Source: Thainema sp. (GTDB taxonomy: Bacteria > Cyanobacteriota > Cyanobacteriia > Phormidesmidales > Phormidesmidaceae). From it: a DNA stretch of 64,000 nt. This document shows positions 9,773 to 20,384 of this stretch, in pieces (position 1 is the stretch's first letter; the number at the start of each line of letters is the position of its first letter). The notes under the pieces are model-generated. The model ran no database searches, was not told the DNA's origin, and saw nothing but the letters and a program-made list of their open reading frames with translations. Where the stretch lies: the NCBI GenBank assembly GCA_052168235.1, contig JBQLZK010000007.1, positions 97,833 to 161,832 of the forward strand, written 5' to 3'. Position numbers and translations under genes: made by a program.

Positions 9773-11098
9773 TCAAAGTAGAGCTGCCGATCGCTCAGCC
9801 AGTTTTGACCGCTCGCCTTTCAACAGCGTGACATGTCCCGCGAGCGGATCATCCTTAAAACGCTCAATCACGTAGGTCAACCCATTACTCGCCGCATCGA
9901 CGTAGGGATTGTCAATTTGATCGACATCGCCCGTTAGCACGATCTTGGTGCCTTCGCCTGCACGGGTCAGAATCGTCTTCACCTCATGGGGCGTCAGGTT
10001 TTGCGCTTCGTCAATGACAAAGAACTGACGCGGGATCGTGCGGCCTCGAATATAAGTCAGCGGCTCGATTTGCAGCAGACCATGTTCAATCAGTTCTTCG
10101 TGTCCCCGTCGCCAGTGAGCCGGTTTACCAGTTGTATCCTGAGTGCCAAGAATCAAATCAAAGTTATCGTACAGTGGCTGCATCCAAGGCGTCAGCTTTT
10201 CAGAGACATCCCCTGGTAAATAGCCGAGATCCCGCCCCATCGGCATAACCGGACGAGCAATCAACAGCCGACTATAGACATGCTCATCCGCCACTTTACT
10301 CAGTCCAGCTGCGATCGCAAGTAGCGTTTTCCCCGTACCGGCCTTCCCCACCAGCGTCACCAGCGGAATTGAATCCTGCAGCAACAGTTCTAGCGCAAAC
10401 TTTTGTTCCCGGTTGCGGGCGCGAATGCCCGACACCCCAATTGTTGGTAGTTTCAACAGCGGAACAGCTTGTTGAATCGTGCCATCAAACACCGCCAGTG
10501 CTGTGTGAGATGGATTACTCGTGTCAATCAGCGTTAACAACTGGTTGGCATAGAAGCGATTGGGGAGCTCAACCTGTCCGTCTTGATAGAACTGGGTAAT
10601 CACACTAGTTTCAACCCAAACTTCATCAATGCCTGTATAAAGCCCCTCAACATCCACCTTATCGGTTTCATAGTCTTCGGCATTTAGTCCCAAGGCATCG
10701 GCTTTGATCCGTAGATTGGTGTCTTTACTCACCAGCACAACCCGGTTATGACACTGCCGCTTCAGTTCCAGCGCTACCGCTAAGATCGAATTATCGGCCT
10801 GATCACCTTCCAGCTCCGGCGGTAGAGTCGCTAACGTCTCCCGGTGACACAGTGCGACGCGCAGTGTCCCGCCATTGCTCAAGGTAATCCCGTCAATCAA
10901 ATGTCCTTGTTGGCGCAATTCGTCTAGCATACGCGACGTCTGACGTGCATTCCGCCCTGTCATTTCAGACTGCTTCTTGAAGCGATCCAGCTCTTCAATG
11001 ATGGTAATTGGCAGCACCACATCATTATCTTCAAACCCCAAGAGTGCTTCTGGAGCATGCAACAACACATTTGTATCGAGGACAAAGACCTTTTTCAT
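9773..11098 (-). CDS. PIN-PhoH (PhoH2-type) protein
   Basis: N-terminal PIN domain (VLDTNVLL, EELD, ADNSIL, SKDTNLRIKA); Walker A GKAGTGKT; IRGRT, DEAQN and GD..QID. Confidence 0.92.
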   Translation of the reverse strand: MKKVFVLDTNVLLHAPEALLGFEDNDVVLPITIIEELDRFKKQSEMTGRNARQTSRMLDELRQQGHLIDGITLSNGGTLRVALCHRETLATLPPELEGDQADNSILAVALELKRQCHNRVVLVSKDTNLRIKADALGLNAEDYETDKVDVEGLYTGIDEVWVETSVITQFYQDGQVELPNRFYANQLLTLIDTSNPSHTALAVFDGTIQQAVPLLKLPTIGVSGIRARNREQKFALELLLQDSIPLVTLVGKAGTGKTLLAIAAGLSKVADEHVYSRLLIARPVMPMGRDLGYLPGDVSEKLTPWMQPLYDNFDLILGTQDTTGKPAHWRRGHEELIEHGLLQIEPLTYIRGRTIPRQFFVIDEAQNLTPHEVKTILTRAGEGTKIVLTGDVDQIDNPYVDAASNGLTYVIERFKDDPLAGHVTLLKGERSKLAERSAALL

Positions 11099-11200
11099 TA
11101 CGTACGCTAACTAGATTGGCTGATCTCTATATTTTGGCATCAAAACCGAAGAGGTTATTTGACTACCGTTACAAGCTGATTTCTATCTTGGCAGACCAAT

Positions 11201-11245
11201 AAAAAACCTGCTGGCTAGCACAAAAAATGTGAACTAACAAGCAGG
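11201..11245 (-). terminator. Intrinsic terminator-like hairpin between the SH3 gene and PIN-PhoH
   Basis: Minus strand CCTGCTTGTTAGTTCACA...TGTGCTAGCCAGCAGG followed by T6. Confidence 0.55.
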
Positions 11246-11438
11246 CTACGGTGTGCAGTGTTTTCCAGCAGTCGCAAACCGGATGGATAGTCCGCTCTAC
11301 GCTCTGGATAATGTCGGATGGATATTGAGATTGTGTGGATGAACGAACCAGTGGGATGAATCTAGTCGCAAATCTGGTGTGTGTGGGGTGCTAAAGCACC
11401 GTCCAGATTTAGCGCGACCAGATCCAAACTTTTGAAAT

Positions 11439-11762
11439 CTAGTGCAGAAATTCAACGTGATCGGCAGCTACCCAGCCTCGGGCTGCGCCCGAGGAAATAT
11501 AGTACCAATGCGAAACACTGTCATGGACAGTCACATGCGTCCCCGCACTGTACTGGCCGACTGTATCCGCATCAGAATCGGGTGCCGCATAGACATAGAT
11601 GTGAGAACCACCTACTAACTTGGCGGCCCGACCGTCATGGTGGGGCTTGTAATGCCCTGGAGCATCTGCACGAACCGCTGGCACGATTTCATTCATGACA
11701 GCAGTCGTTGCCACAAATCCGGTTGCAGCAACTGCCATCAAAGCAAAGAACTTTTTGTTCAT
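11439..11762 (-). CDS. Small secreted protein with a bacterial SH3-like domain
   Basis: Signal peptide; IYVYAAPD...VG....G..V.V......WYYI.....GWVAA pattern. Confidence 0.7.
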   Translation of the reverse strand: MNKKFFALMAVAATGFVATTAVMNEIVPAVRADAPGHYKPHHDGRAAKLVGGSHIYVYAAPDSDADTVGQYSAGTHVTVHDSVSHWYYISSGAARGWVAADHVEFLH

Positions 11763-12692
11763 GCCTGTATCCTCATCAGATGGTTAGATGCAGTCAGTTC
11801 TATGCCTGAAAATTGGCATTTAAAGTCATTCAGAATCGAACTAAAAATCTGTCACTCCTCACACCAATTTCTGGCAGACAAAACTGACCACTGCAATTAA
11901 GCAGCATCGAAATTTAGCGGAGACGATACTTTTAAGCATTTATTTGAACGGATAATTATTCAGTATGCTGAGTATGCCGTTGCACACCAATATGATGCAG
12001 CAGTGGCCGAGCTGGATGGATGTTTAGCTCATGCTGCTGCTAATCCATATACATCGCTAAAGCAACTCTTTTCAATCTAGCTACAATCAAGATGTACCTC
12101 ATTCAAAGTGCTCAACAGCAACTCCAAATGGATATTCCGGCTGTAGCCTGAGCTGCCTAGATCAGCTTTAATCAAGTATTTTTTGCTCACGAAAAAGAGC
12201 AGACTCAAATAACTTAAATTGCCAGCAGCTTGCTCACTGAAATAGGACTGAGATCGGGAAATTCCAATCGCTTAAATACCAATAGCAGAGAAGAGCTGCA
12301 AGGAGCACCTAGTGGTCTACAAATTTTGGTTTTGCTTCAATCGCTCAATCAAACCGATTGCTATGCACAGGGACATCACGTCCAAATATTGCTTTATGAC
12401 TTAAATGCTAAAAATGCTGCCGAGGAGGAGGACAGCGCTGCGATCGCACATAATAGCGAAGAATAAACATAGGTAAACCTCAAACGTTAGCTAATGAACA
12501 AACGCTTCATTCCCGCGATGTCATGCTCTATGGAGGACCTTGGAAACCACAGAACAATATGCTGGGAATAAAGTACCTGTCAGTGTATCTCAATATTCTC
12601 TGCACGGAACACTAATTTTCGATATTTTTGAAAAGATATGTGATGCATTTATGCCTTGCATCAAAATTTAAGTACGACGCTAATTTCAGCAC

Positions 12693-13661
12693 ATGACCCA
12701 ATGGATGCGAACTCGAATAGCCCAACTGATTATTCAAACCGGACTGCATTGGCAACAAGATAACTGTTTAGAGATGGGTGCTGCGATCGCATATTACGCC
12801 TTATTCTCGCTGTTTCCCTTAATCCTGATTATTCTCAGCGTAGTCGGTTTCTTCGTTGGCCCCAACCAGTATGCTTCCGATCAGATTCTGCTGTTTGCAC
12901 AAGCGGCACTGCCCCCAGAAGCCTACGATTTGGTAGCAGAAAACCTGACCCAGATGAACGAAAACAGCGTCACTGCTGGGATTATCAGCTTTGGATTGTT
13001 GTTAGTGACAGCCAGCGGCTTTTTCAGTGCACTGACCCTGGCCTTCGATCGCATTTGGCGCGTCAACCATTTTGCAGACGAAGAGAATAACTGGAGACGC
13101 GCCGTATTCACGTTTCTCAAACGACGCGTATTTGCGTTTGCGCTGGTGCTCAGTGCTGCACTGCTGCTCTTGGCTTCGCTCCTGTCTGAGCTATTTATCA
13201 ATGTTTTAATTGAGGTGCTGAAAGTCTTTAGCGATCAAGTTCAGTTTGTGCAGCTTGATGATGTGGTGCTGTTGCGATCGCTTAACTTTGCCTCAGCATT
13301 TTTGATTTTGACGGTGGTGATGGCGCTGCTGTTTAAGTTTTTGCCTTCAACCCGCGTCCACTGGGGCGATGTTTGGCTGGGGGCGCTAATTACGACCGTG
13401 CTGTTTATGATTCTGCAGCAGCTCATCAGCAACAGTATCGTCAGCATCGGCAGCCGCTTCCAGTCCTATGGCGTGGCGGGTAGCGTCATGGTGCTGCTGC
13501 TGTGGATTTATCTTACCAGTCAAATTTTCTTTTTGGGCGGTGAATTCACCTACGCCTATGCCTTAATTTACGGCAGTCGTCGCCGCACAGACGAGGAACT
13601 AGCCGAACTAGCCGATCAGAGTGAGCAAGAAAGAGCACGTGGGCGCACCAAATCGTTCTGA
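12693..13661 (+). CDS. YihY/virulence factor BrkB family membrane protein
   Basis: MGAAIAYYALFSLFP and YG.AGS.MVLLLWIY..SQIFFLGGE motifs. Confidence 0.9.
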   Translation: MTQWMRTRIAQLIIQTGLHWQQDNCLEMGAAIAYYALFSLFPLILIILSVVGFFVGPNQYASDQILLFAQAALPPEAYDLVAENLTQMNENSVTAGIISFGLLLVTASGFFSALTLAFDRIWRVNHFADEENNWRRAVFTFLKRRVFAFALVLSAALLLLASLLSELFINVLIEVLKVFSDQVQFVQLDDVVLLRSLNFASAFLILTVVMALLFKFLPSTRVHWGDVWLGALITTVLFMILQQLISNSIVSIGSRFQSYGVAGSVMVLLLWIYLTSQIFFLGGEFTYAYALIYGSRRRTDEELAELADQSEQERARGRTKSF

Positions 13662-13706
13662 TATTCGATTGCCTAAATATTCAGCCCATATCCAGCCTGT
13701 GGATAA

Positions 13707-13760
13707 TAGACCTTATTGAAAATTGTTTTGTAGCGCGGCGGAGCCGCGCTACAAAACAAT
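13707..13760. repeat. REP/MITE-like palindrome, family shared with 49513-49602
   Basis: TAGACCTTAT followed by ATTGTTTTGTAGCGCGGC-GGA-GCCGCGCTACAAAACAAT (13722-13760). Confidence 0.75.
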
Positions 13761-13763
13761 CAG

Positions 13764-15689
13764 TTACCACTGCCAGGTATCGCGCCACTTAACAGTGCCC
13801 GTCTCAGCCACAACCCAGCGACGACAAGTCAGATTTTCGCGCAGCGGCGATTGTCCCTGCCGCCACATGGCATATTTGTAGGCAATCGGCTTCCCAGCGC
13901 TCTCGTCAAAGGGAATTTCGCCAAACCAGGTGTTGTCGTTGATGTATTCCAGCGGATAGGCCTTGGCAATGTCCCAGTTGCCAAGTTCAGGACAGTCTCC
14001 CAGCACAACAATTGTTTCACCGGGCTGGGTTGAGACACCGTTGAGCTGGACGCGAATGATGGTCTGCGCTTTCACCCGCTCACCAACATGGCTCAGCACA
14101 ATCACTTCGCGATCGCCCAGTTCTAAATCAGCAATATAGCCATCCTGGGTTTGAAACTTGCGATGGGTCAAGATGCAGGTATGCTCACCATCGGGCATTT
14201 CAGTGTGAATGTTTTCAATGGTGGTGGCTAAGCCGCGATTCATGGCCACAAAACAGCGGGAATCCCGATACTTACGGGTATAGCAGTAGACATCCGGCTC
14301 TACATACTTTTGCCATTGGCTACCCAGAGCCACCGAAGGATTAAGGCGGCGCAGTCCTGACAGTAATCGCACATACCGATACACTTCGGTTTCCGTATCC
14401 CACTGCTGCATCATCGGGCGATTGTAGGGATCATTGCCGAAGTCAGTGTCGTCATGCAGGTACTGCTCGGTGCCGTAGTAAAGACAGGGGATGCCCCGAC
14501 AGGTCATGATCAGTGCGATCGCAATTCGCAGCATGTCTGGATCGGGGTTTAAGCTCTGGAAGCGGGGCATATCGTGATTATCGATAAAGGTAATCAGCTC
14601 CGTTGCGCCCGCGTAGCGATGGTCTTCGTCGAAGATGGTTTGAATTTCGTGAAAGCCAAATTCTGCACCTTGCCCCAGAACCGCCCGAATGGCAACCGCT
14701 AGGCCGAAATCCAAAATTGTCATGCCAGAAGAGTTGGCAAACTCCACCGACTGATCATCGAGAGGATGGCTAAAGATCCACTCGCCAAAGATAAAGATAT
14801 CGGGCTTATGGGTCAAGATGTCGGCGTTGAACTCCTGCCAAAACCAAATCGGCATGTGCTTAACCGTATCGACCCGCAGCGCATCGACACCGCGATCCAG
14901 CCACTGTTTAATCGCTGCTTTGATGTAGTTGCGATATTCGGCGTTGTTTTCGTTGAACGTGGCAAGTCCCGCTAATTCGCAGTTTTGCACCTGCCAATCG
15001 TCTTCCCAGTCGGTCACTTCACCGTAATGGTGATACCAGTGGTTCACATCGTTGTTGAAATCGGCAATCAGCGTTCCATCGTCATATAGCTCGCCTTTGC
15101 TGCCGCCTACGTCGGGACTGCTATGGTTGCAGACGATATCCAGTACCAGCTTCATGCCGCGCTTGTGCATTTCTTCAATCAGTCGGTCGAACGTGGTGTT
15201 GCGCGTGTCCTGCGTATTGTTGAGCGAGGGATCTTCGTCTTTGCCAATAAAGCGAGGATTAATCCGCTTAAAATCTCGTGTCCAGTAACCATGAATGGCG
15301 GCATTTTCGACAAACAATTCTTCCACTTGTTCAAACAGCGGCGTCAACCAAATGGCCGTCACACCCATGTTTTTCAGATAATCCAGCTTGTTAATAATGC
15401 CTTGTAAATCGCCGCCCCAGTATTTGCCCCAATCCTGCTGGTCTGGATCATAAAGTTCTGGATTTTCGCCTTCATTATTGTCGGGATCGCCGTCGCAAAA
15501 CCGATCCACCACAATAAAATAAATTGTTTCTTGACGAAACTCGATATCGCGCGTGTAGAGAAACTCTAGATTAATCTCATCACTGGTTAAGGCATCGGTT
15601 TGAGTTTGGACAACGGTATCAAGCTTCTGTTGACTCGATTCAAATTGCTCTTTGGACTGAATCGATGAGGTTGCTTCTGTTTTTGTCAT
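13764..15689 (-). CDS. GH13 alpha-amylase/CGTase-like enzyme with a C-terminal CBM20 starch-binding domain
   Basis: YWGGDLQG, DIVCNH, LRVDTVKH, FGEW and FIDNHD catalytic regions; C-terminal GET.VVLG..PELGNW...YKY. Confidence 0.88.
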   Translation of the reverse strand: MTKTEATSSIQSKEQFESSQQKLDTVVQTQTDALTSDEINLEFLYTRDIEFRQETIYFIVVDRFCDGDPDNNEGENPELYDPDQQDWGKYWGGDLQGIINKLDYLKNMGVTAIWLTPLFEQVEELFVENAAIHGYWTRDFKRINPRFIGKDEDPSLNNTQDTRNTTFDRLIEEMHKRGMKLVLDIVCNHSSPDVGGSKGELYDDGTLIADFNNDVNHWYHHYGEVTDWEDDWQVQNCELAGLATFNENNAEYRNYIKAAIKQWLDRGVDALRVDTVKHMPIWFWQEFNADILTHKPDIFIFGEWIFSHPLDDQSVEFANSSGMTILDFGLAVAIRAVLGQGAEFGFHEIQTIFDEDHRYAGATELITFIDNHDMPRFQSLNPDPDMLRIAIALIMTCRGIPCLYYGTEQYLHDDTDFGNDPYNRPMMQQWDTETEVYRYVRLLSGLRRLNPSVALGSQWQKYVEPDVYCYTRKYRDSRCFVAMNRGLATTIENIHTEMPDGEHTCILTHRKFQTQDGYIADLELGDREVIVLSHVGERVKAQTIIRVQLNGVSTQPGETIVVLGDCPELGNWDIAKAYPLEYINDNTWFGEIPFDESAGKPIAYKYAMWRQGQSPLRENLTCRRWVVAETGTVKWRDTWQW

Positions 15690-16035
15690 AGTTGTGGCTA
15701 AAAGTTAAAGGAAAAACGCTAAATGCATGATTAGCGACACATGTAATTTCCAAACACAGCCCAAGTAAACGTGAAGACGAATGTTCTTTACCTAAACACG
15801 TCTTCTAATCGAGTTGCGATCGCGATTGGTTCGGATGGAACTTTGGCATCACATTAGATTATGTGGAGCGAAAAATCATCTTGTCCTGCCTCTGGAGGAG
15901 GAATTTGTGGGAACGGTGCATTAGGTCAGCTTAGACTGTGTAGAAAATTCGCGTAGGGGCGATGCATTTAAATCGCGGGTTTTGGTCAGAATCGAAACAT
16001 ATGCTTATAAAACCACGCTGCACAATCCACGTTCC

Positions 16036-16485
16036 TTAGTTTTGTGGTGGCACCTGGTTGAGCATCATCCAATAAAAACCGACTTGGCGGGTTATATCTA
16101 CAAATTGCTGAAAATCGAGCGGTTTGACAATGTAGCTGTTTACTCCCAGCTCATAGCAGGCACTGAGATCTTGATTTTCCACTGAAGAAGTCATGACCAC
16201 CACCACCAAATCCTGTGTACGGGGGTGGCTGCGAATCGTGCGTAGAACCTCGATTCCGTCAATTTTGGGTAATTTTAGATCCAGTAAAACCAGTCTGGGC
16301 AGAGGGCGGAGCGTACTATCGTCGGCTGAACCAAGCAAATAATTCACCGCTTGTTCACCATCCATGACGATATCCAGCTGATTGACAAAGTGATAAGTCT
16401 CTAGAGCCAACTGAATCAGCTCAATGTCGTTTGGATCATCCTCAACTAACAAAATCGGGGTCGGCTCTACATTCACCACGTTCAT
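16036..16485 (-). CDS. Single-domain response regulator (Rcp1-like)
   Basis: LLVEDD, LLDLKLPKIDG, MTSS and Y.LGVNSYIVKP. Confidence 0.9.
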   Translation of the reverse strand: MNVVNVEPTPILLVEDDPNDIELIQLALETYHFVNQLDIVMDGEQAVNYLLGSADDSTLRPLPRLVLLDLKLPKIDGIEVLRTIRSHPRTQDLVVVVMTSSVENQDLSACYELGVNSYIVKPLDFQQFVDITRQVGFYWMMLNQVPPQN

Positions 16486-16565
16486 TCTTCATTGCACCAC
16501 TGCCCAGATCGTAGTGGATGTAACCATGAACGACCTTTCATTCACGGACGGGTTCATCCAAACTT

Positions 16566-19145
16566 TTAAGAAATGTTATCAAGGGTAAAGTAGAATACCG
16601 TTTCTTGATGTGGCTCGCTTTCAGCCCAAATGATGCCGCCATGACGATGAATGATGCGCTGCACAATCGCTAGCCCAATACCTGTGCCTTCAAATTCAGT
16701 TTGAGCATGAAGGCGCTGAAACGCTCCAAACAGCTTATCCGCATATTTCATTTGAAAGCCAACGCCATTATCTTTAACAAAAATTGCTCCGTCTGAGGCT
16801 TGACCAATTTCGATTTGGGGCTGTGCCTGCTGACGACTAAACTTGACGGCATTGCCGATTAAATTAATTAGCACCTGTTGCAAAAGCGTTGCATCTCCCA
16901 TGACAGTTGGTAGAGCGCCAATCACAAAGTTAACTGCATCTACAGTTTCCAAATTACCGTTCACGATTTCAATCACCTCATCAACTAGCTGTCGGAGCGG
17001 AACCGGAGCGTAAACAATGGGTTTCCGGCCAATGCGAGACAGGGTCAGTAGTCCGTCAATGAGCTGAGCCATTTTCTGACTGCTGTTTTCGATGACCTGC
17101 AAATAGTGAGCGACTTTGGCATCGTTTAGCACCTCTTGTCCCTGTAAACGCTGCTGTAGCGCATTGACAAAGCCGTGAATATGGCGCAAAGGAGCTCGTA
17201 AATCGTGGGAGACAGAGTAGGAGAAGGATTCAAGTTCTTTGTTACTGGCTTCGAGTTGAGCCGTACGTCGCGTCAACTCAGCCGTCCGCTCGGCCACTAA
17301 CCTCTCTAGGTCACGATTTTGCTGTTCCAAGGCTGCATTGAGCTGACGAATTTCTAACTCAGCCTGTTTGCGATCGCTAATATCTAGATTTGCTCCCACC
17401 AATCGAATTGAATTCCGCTCAGGTTCAGGCTGCATCAGAGCATAGGAAGCAATATAGCGGATGCTACCATCCGGCAGCACGATGCGGAATTCCATCTGAT
17501 AGTTCTGTTGGTTGTCTAGGGCCTGCTGAACGACCGAACGGGCTCTTGATAGATCATCCGGATGCAATCGTGCTTCCCAAGCTGTCCAGACATTATTCAA
17601 CTCTGAGCTTTGAATACCGTAGAGGGCACACATACGGTCATCCCAAACCAGGTAATCGGTCGCTGAGTCCCATTCCCAAATGCCGATATTGGCCGACTGG
17701 ATGGCTAACTCTAGACGCTCCGTCAAACGGCGCAGTTTATCTTCCGCTTGTTTGCGCTCAGTAATATCTTGTGCCAGTCCTGCCCGTCGCGTAACGTTGC
17801 CGGATTCGTCAAAAATGGGAAAACCGCGATCGCGAATCCAGCGAATTTCACCACTCGGTTGCACAATCCGGTACTCAATTTCAAAGGGAGCCTGGGGATG
17901 ACTCAAATTACTGACCACTCGTTGTCGATCATGCGGATGAATGGCATCAAGGAACGACTTTGGATCGGTATTGATGCTCTCAAGACTGCGTCCCCAAATC
18001 TGTTCGTAAGCCGGGCTGATGTAGAGAATGCGGTGAATGTCTACATCAGATAACCAAAAAACTTCTTGGACATTTTCTGCCAGCTGCCGAAAGCGAGCCT
18101 CACTTTCTTGCAGAGCAATTTCAGCTCGTTTGCGATCAGTGATGTCTTCAAGGGTCGCCACCACACCATCGATCTGCCCAGATGCATCAAAGGACGGTGC
18201 TGCATTAACGGACAACAGCAAGAGCTGACCAACCGATGTCTGAATGCCGTGCTGAACATTGAAAACTGGCTGTTTCGTCTGCATCACTCGGACAAAGGGA
18301 AATTCCGATTCTGGCAGAGGAGAACCATCTAAACTTTGAATTTGCCAAACGGGTGCATTATAGGTGCGACCAACGGCTTCATCTTTGGTCAGACCCAGAA
18401 TCTGGGTGGCCCGATCATTGGCAAAGGTGATCTGCCCAGTTGGGTTCAGCACCACAATGCCGGCTGGACTCATGGCCATAATGCGGCTGAGTAGGTTTCG
18501 TTCTTGACGGAGAGCTTCTGCGATTTGATCCTGTTCCGCTTCTCGTCGTTTCTGTTCGGTGATGTCTAACCCAATTGACTGCAAATGAGTCAAATTGCCC
18601 TGTTCATCAAAAAAGGCTCGGTTAACCCAGTGCTGCCAGCCTCTACTCCCGTCAGCTTGCACGGTTGGATGTTCGTATACGGCAAAGGGAGCATCAGGGC
18701 TGAGGGACATGTACTGTGCTTGGGTCGCTGGCCGTTCCTCCTCTGGCAAAAAATCTAGAAACTGATGCCCAATTAAATCCTCTGGTCGCTGATTAAAGTA
18801 CTCACAATAGGTCGAATTAACGTAGGTTAAGGTGCTGTCGGGTAAGAATCGACAAATTAAGGCCGGCATATCGTCTGCCAACTGCCGATAGTGCTCTTTA
18901 CTCTGTTGGAGAGCCGCAATTTGTTGCCGCACATGGCTCTCCCAATTGGAACTGCGAGCTAGTGGATCAGGTTGGGTGCGATCGCAAATCTGGGGATCGC
19001 TCCGTTGAAGCGACCACCGTCCTATCCAGAAGCTTCCTAGCGTTAGCAGCAGGCCAACTACAAGCCATTCCAGCCGTAACGGCAAGACACTTAATAAGTC
19101 ATCGGCTGCACAAACGCTGGTGTAAACCCCGCTCCAAATGCTCAT
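16566..19145 (-). CDS. Multi-PAS sensor histidine kinase
   Basis: N-terminal TM segment; four PAS/PAC units ending DI(T/S)(E/D)(R/Q)K; H-box FSYSVSHDLRAPL; NAVKF, DNGVGF and GTGIGL. Confidence 0.92.
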   Translation of the reverse strand: MSIWSGVYTSVCAADDLLSVLPLRLEWLVVGLLLTLGSFWIGRWSLQRSDPQICDRTQPDPLARSSNWESHVRQQIAALQQSKEHYRQLADDMPALICRFLPDSTLTYVNSTYCEYFNQRPEDLIGHQFLDFLPEEERPATQAQYMSLSPDAPFAVYEHPTVQADGSRGWQHWVNRAFFDEQGNLTHLQSIGLDITEQKRREAEQDQIAEALRQERNLLSRIMAMSPAGIVVLNPTGQITFANDRATQILGLTKDEAVGRTYNAPVWQIQSLDGSPLPESEFPFVRVMQTKQPVFNVQHGIQTSVGQLLLLSVNAAPSFDASGQIDGVVATLEDITDRKRAEIALQESEARFRQLAENVQEVFWLSDVDIHRILYISPAYEQIWGRSLESINTDPKSFLDAIHPHDRQRVVSNLSHPQAPFEIEYRIVQPSGEIRWIRDRGFPIFDESGNVTRRAGLAQDITERKQAEDKLRRLTERLELAIQSANIGIWEWDSATDYLVWDDRMCALYGIQSSELNNVWTAWEARLHPDDLSRARSVVQQALDNQQNYQMEFRIVLPDGSIRYIASYALMQPEPERNSIRLVGANLDISDRKQAELEIRQLNAALEQQNRDLERLVAERTAELTRRTAQLEASNKELESFSYSVSHDLRAPLRHIHGFVNALQQRLQGQEVLNDAKVAHYLQVIENSSQKMAQLIDGLLTLSRIGRKPIVYAPVPLRQLVDEVIEIVNGNLETVDAVNFVIGALPTVMGDATLLQQVLINLIGNAVKFSRQQAQPQIEIGQASDGAIFVKDNGVGFQMKYADKLFGAFQRLHAQTEFEGTGIGLAIVQRIIHRHGGIIWAESEPHQETVFYFTLDNIS

Positions 19146-19195
19146 AGTGTAAAACTGTTCATAGTGTGAACCGATGGTTGAACTTGAAGGGAAAT

Positions 19196-19281
19196 CTCAC
19201 ATCTTGCCACCTCAACTCTTACCCTCAACCCAGAAACCACATTAACCGCCCCAAGATTTGCGGCAAGATGCAAGATATGAA
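19196..19281. mobile_element. Degenerate copy of the CTCACATCTTGCAC-TIR MITE
   Basis: CTCACATCTTGC at the left and TGCAAGATATGA at the right; AAATC on both sides. Confidence 0.5.
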
Positions 19282-19340
19282 AATCAAAACATTCATGTAA
19301 GCTAAGGAAAGAAACGTTACAGAAAGCATTCTAAACCGCT

Positions 19341-19538
19341 ATGATTTTGCCAGGTTCTGCTGTTTGCGTCATTAATCCTGACGACACCTACTATCGATTT
19401 CAGGGGCAAGTGCAGCGCGTTGCAGATGGACATGCGGCTGTCTTGTTCGAAGGCGGCAACTGGGACAAGCTCGTTACTTTCCGACTGTCTGAACTTGAAC
19501 TGGTCGATGCAACGGCTGGACGTAAAAAGAAAAAGTAA
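19341..19538 (+). CDS. ndhS: NAD(P)H dehydrogenase (NDH-1) subunit NdhS
   Basis: [39 protein letters not shown]. Confidence 0.92.
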   Translation: MILPGSAVCVINPDDTYYRFQGQVQRVADGHAAVLFEGGNWDKLVTFRLSELELVDATAGRKKKK

Positions 19539-19554
19539 TTTTCGGTAACTGCCC

Positions 19555-20223
19555 ATGCGGCTTCCCCTGCCTCAGTTTGAGCGACAAGACCGACATCCCA
19601 ATCACTTTGCAGAGGTGGTGGAAACCTCTACGGCTGAATTTTTGGCCCAGTGCCTTGAGCCAGAAGATTTGGGATTTCCGGTGATGCCGCCCTTTGGCAG
19701 TTGGGTGCAGGCGGTGGATGAAGAGTCCGGCAACCAAATTTTTGCGGTTGTCTACTATGCCACCACCTCACCGATTGATTCTGTGCATCGGGCGCGGGCG
19801 CTGGGCATGTCCCTTGCGGAACTGCGAGAGCAGCAGCCGCAGATTTTTGCCATGCTGAAAACAGAGTTCCGGGCCGCGATTGTGGGATTTCGGCCAACAA
19901 CCTCTGGTCGCAATGGTCAGCGCCGCATGAGCGATCTGATCTATCAGCATTTGCCGCCCCGTCCACCTCAGGTGCATCAAGCTGTGCATCGGTGCGATCG
20001 CACTGACGTGATTCAGTTCACCGAAGAACTCGATTTCCTGCGAATTTTGCTGCAAGTCCCCGGCGTGCCTGTCGATAGCCTGGTTGCCGCCACCATCCGA
20101 GAGGTATATCAGTTGCGGAAGGCCGAACGGGCTTGGCTGGTGCAAACGGGCCGCATGCTCAACCTGTTGTTAAAGGATGATTACGATCGGTTGCGGATGA
20201 TTCTCAGCCAGATTCACCCTTGA
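19555..20223 (+). CDS. Conserved cyanobacterial HAS-barrel-like protein
   Basis: MRLPLPQF...AEVVETSTAEFLAQC...MPPFGSWV...LLKDDYDRL, a conserved cyanobacterial family. Confidence 0.65.
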   Translation: MRLPLPQFERQDRHPNHFAEVVETSTAEFLAQCLEPEDLGFPVMPPFGSWVQAVDEESGNQIFAVVYYATTSPIDSVHRARALGMSLAELREQQPQIFAMLKTEFRAAIVGFRPTTSGRNGQRRMSDLIYQHLPPRPPQVHQAVHRCDRTDVIQFTEELDFLRILLQVPGVPVDSLVAATIREVYQLRKAERAWLVQTGRMLNLLLKDDYDRLRMILSQIHP

Positions 20224-20384
20224 GTTACACCATTTAGATTTTGGGCAACATCTAGTTTGACGCTGTCACAACGCTGTTACAGAGGTTGCGATCGCACGCG
20301 TTCGACTAAGGTTTGATTGCCGTTAATCATTAAGCGGCGCAAAATCTGAGGTGACAGTTAATTAACTTCAAGCGGGTGAGATGG

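Noticed and set aside
9743..11238. TGTGAACTAAC on both sides of PIN-PhoH as a target-site duplication
   Set aside because: No mobility gene or terminal repeats, and one copy is part of a terminator stem.
12230..12466. 78-aa ORF in the long intergenic region
   Set aside because: TTG start, no clear RBS or recognisable motif; cannot be supported.
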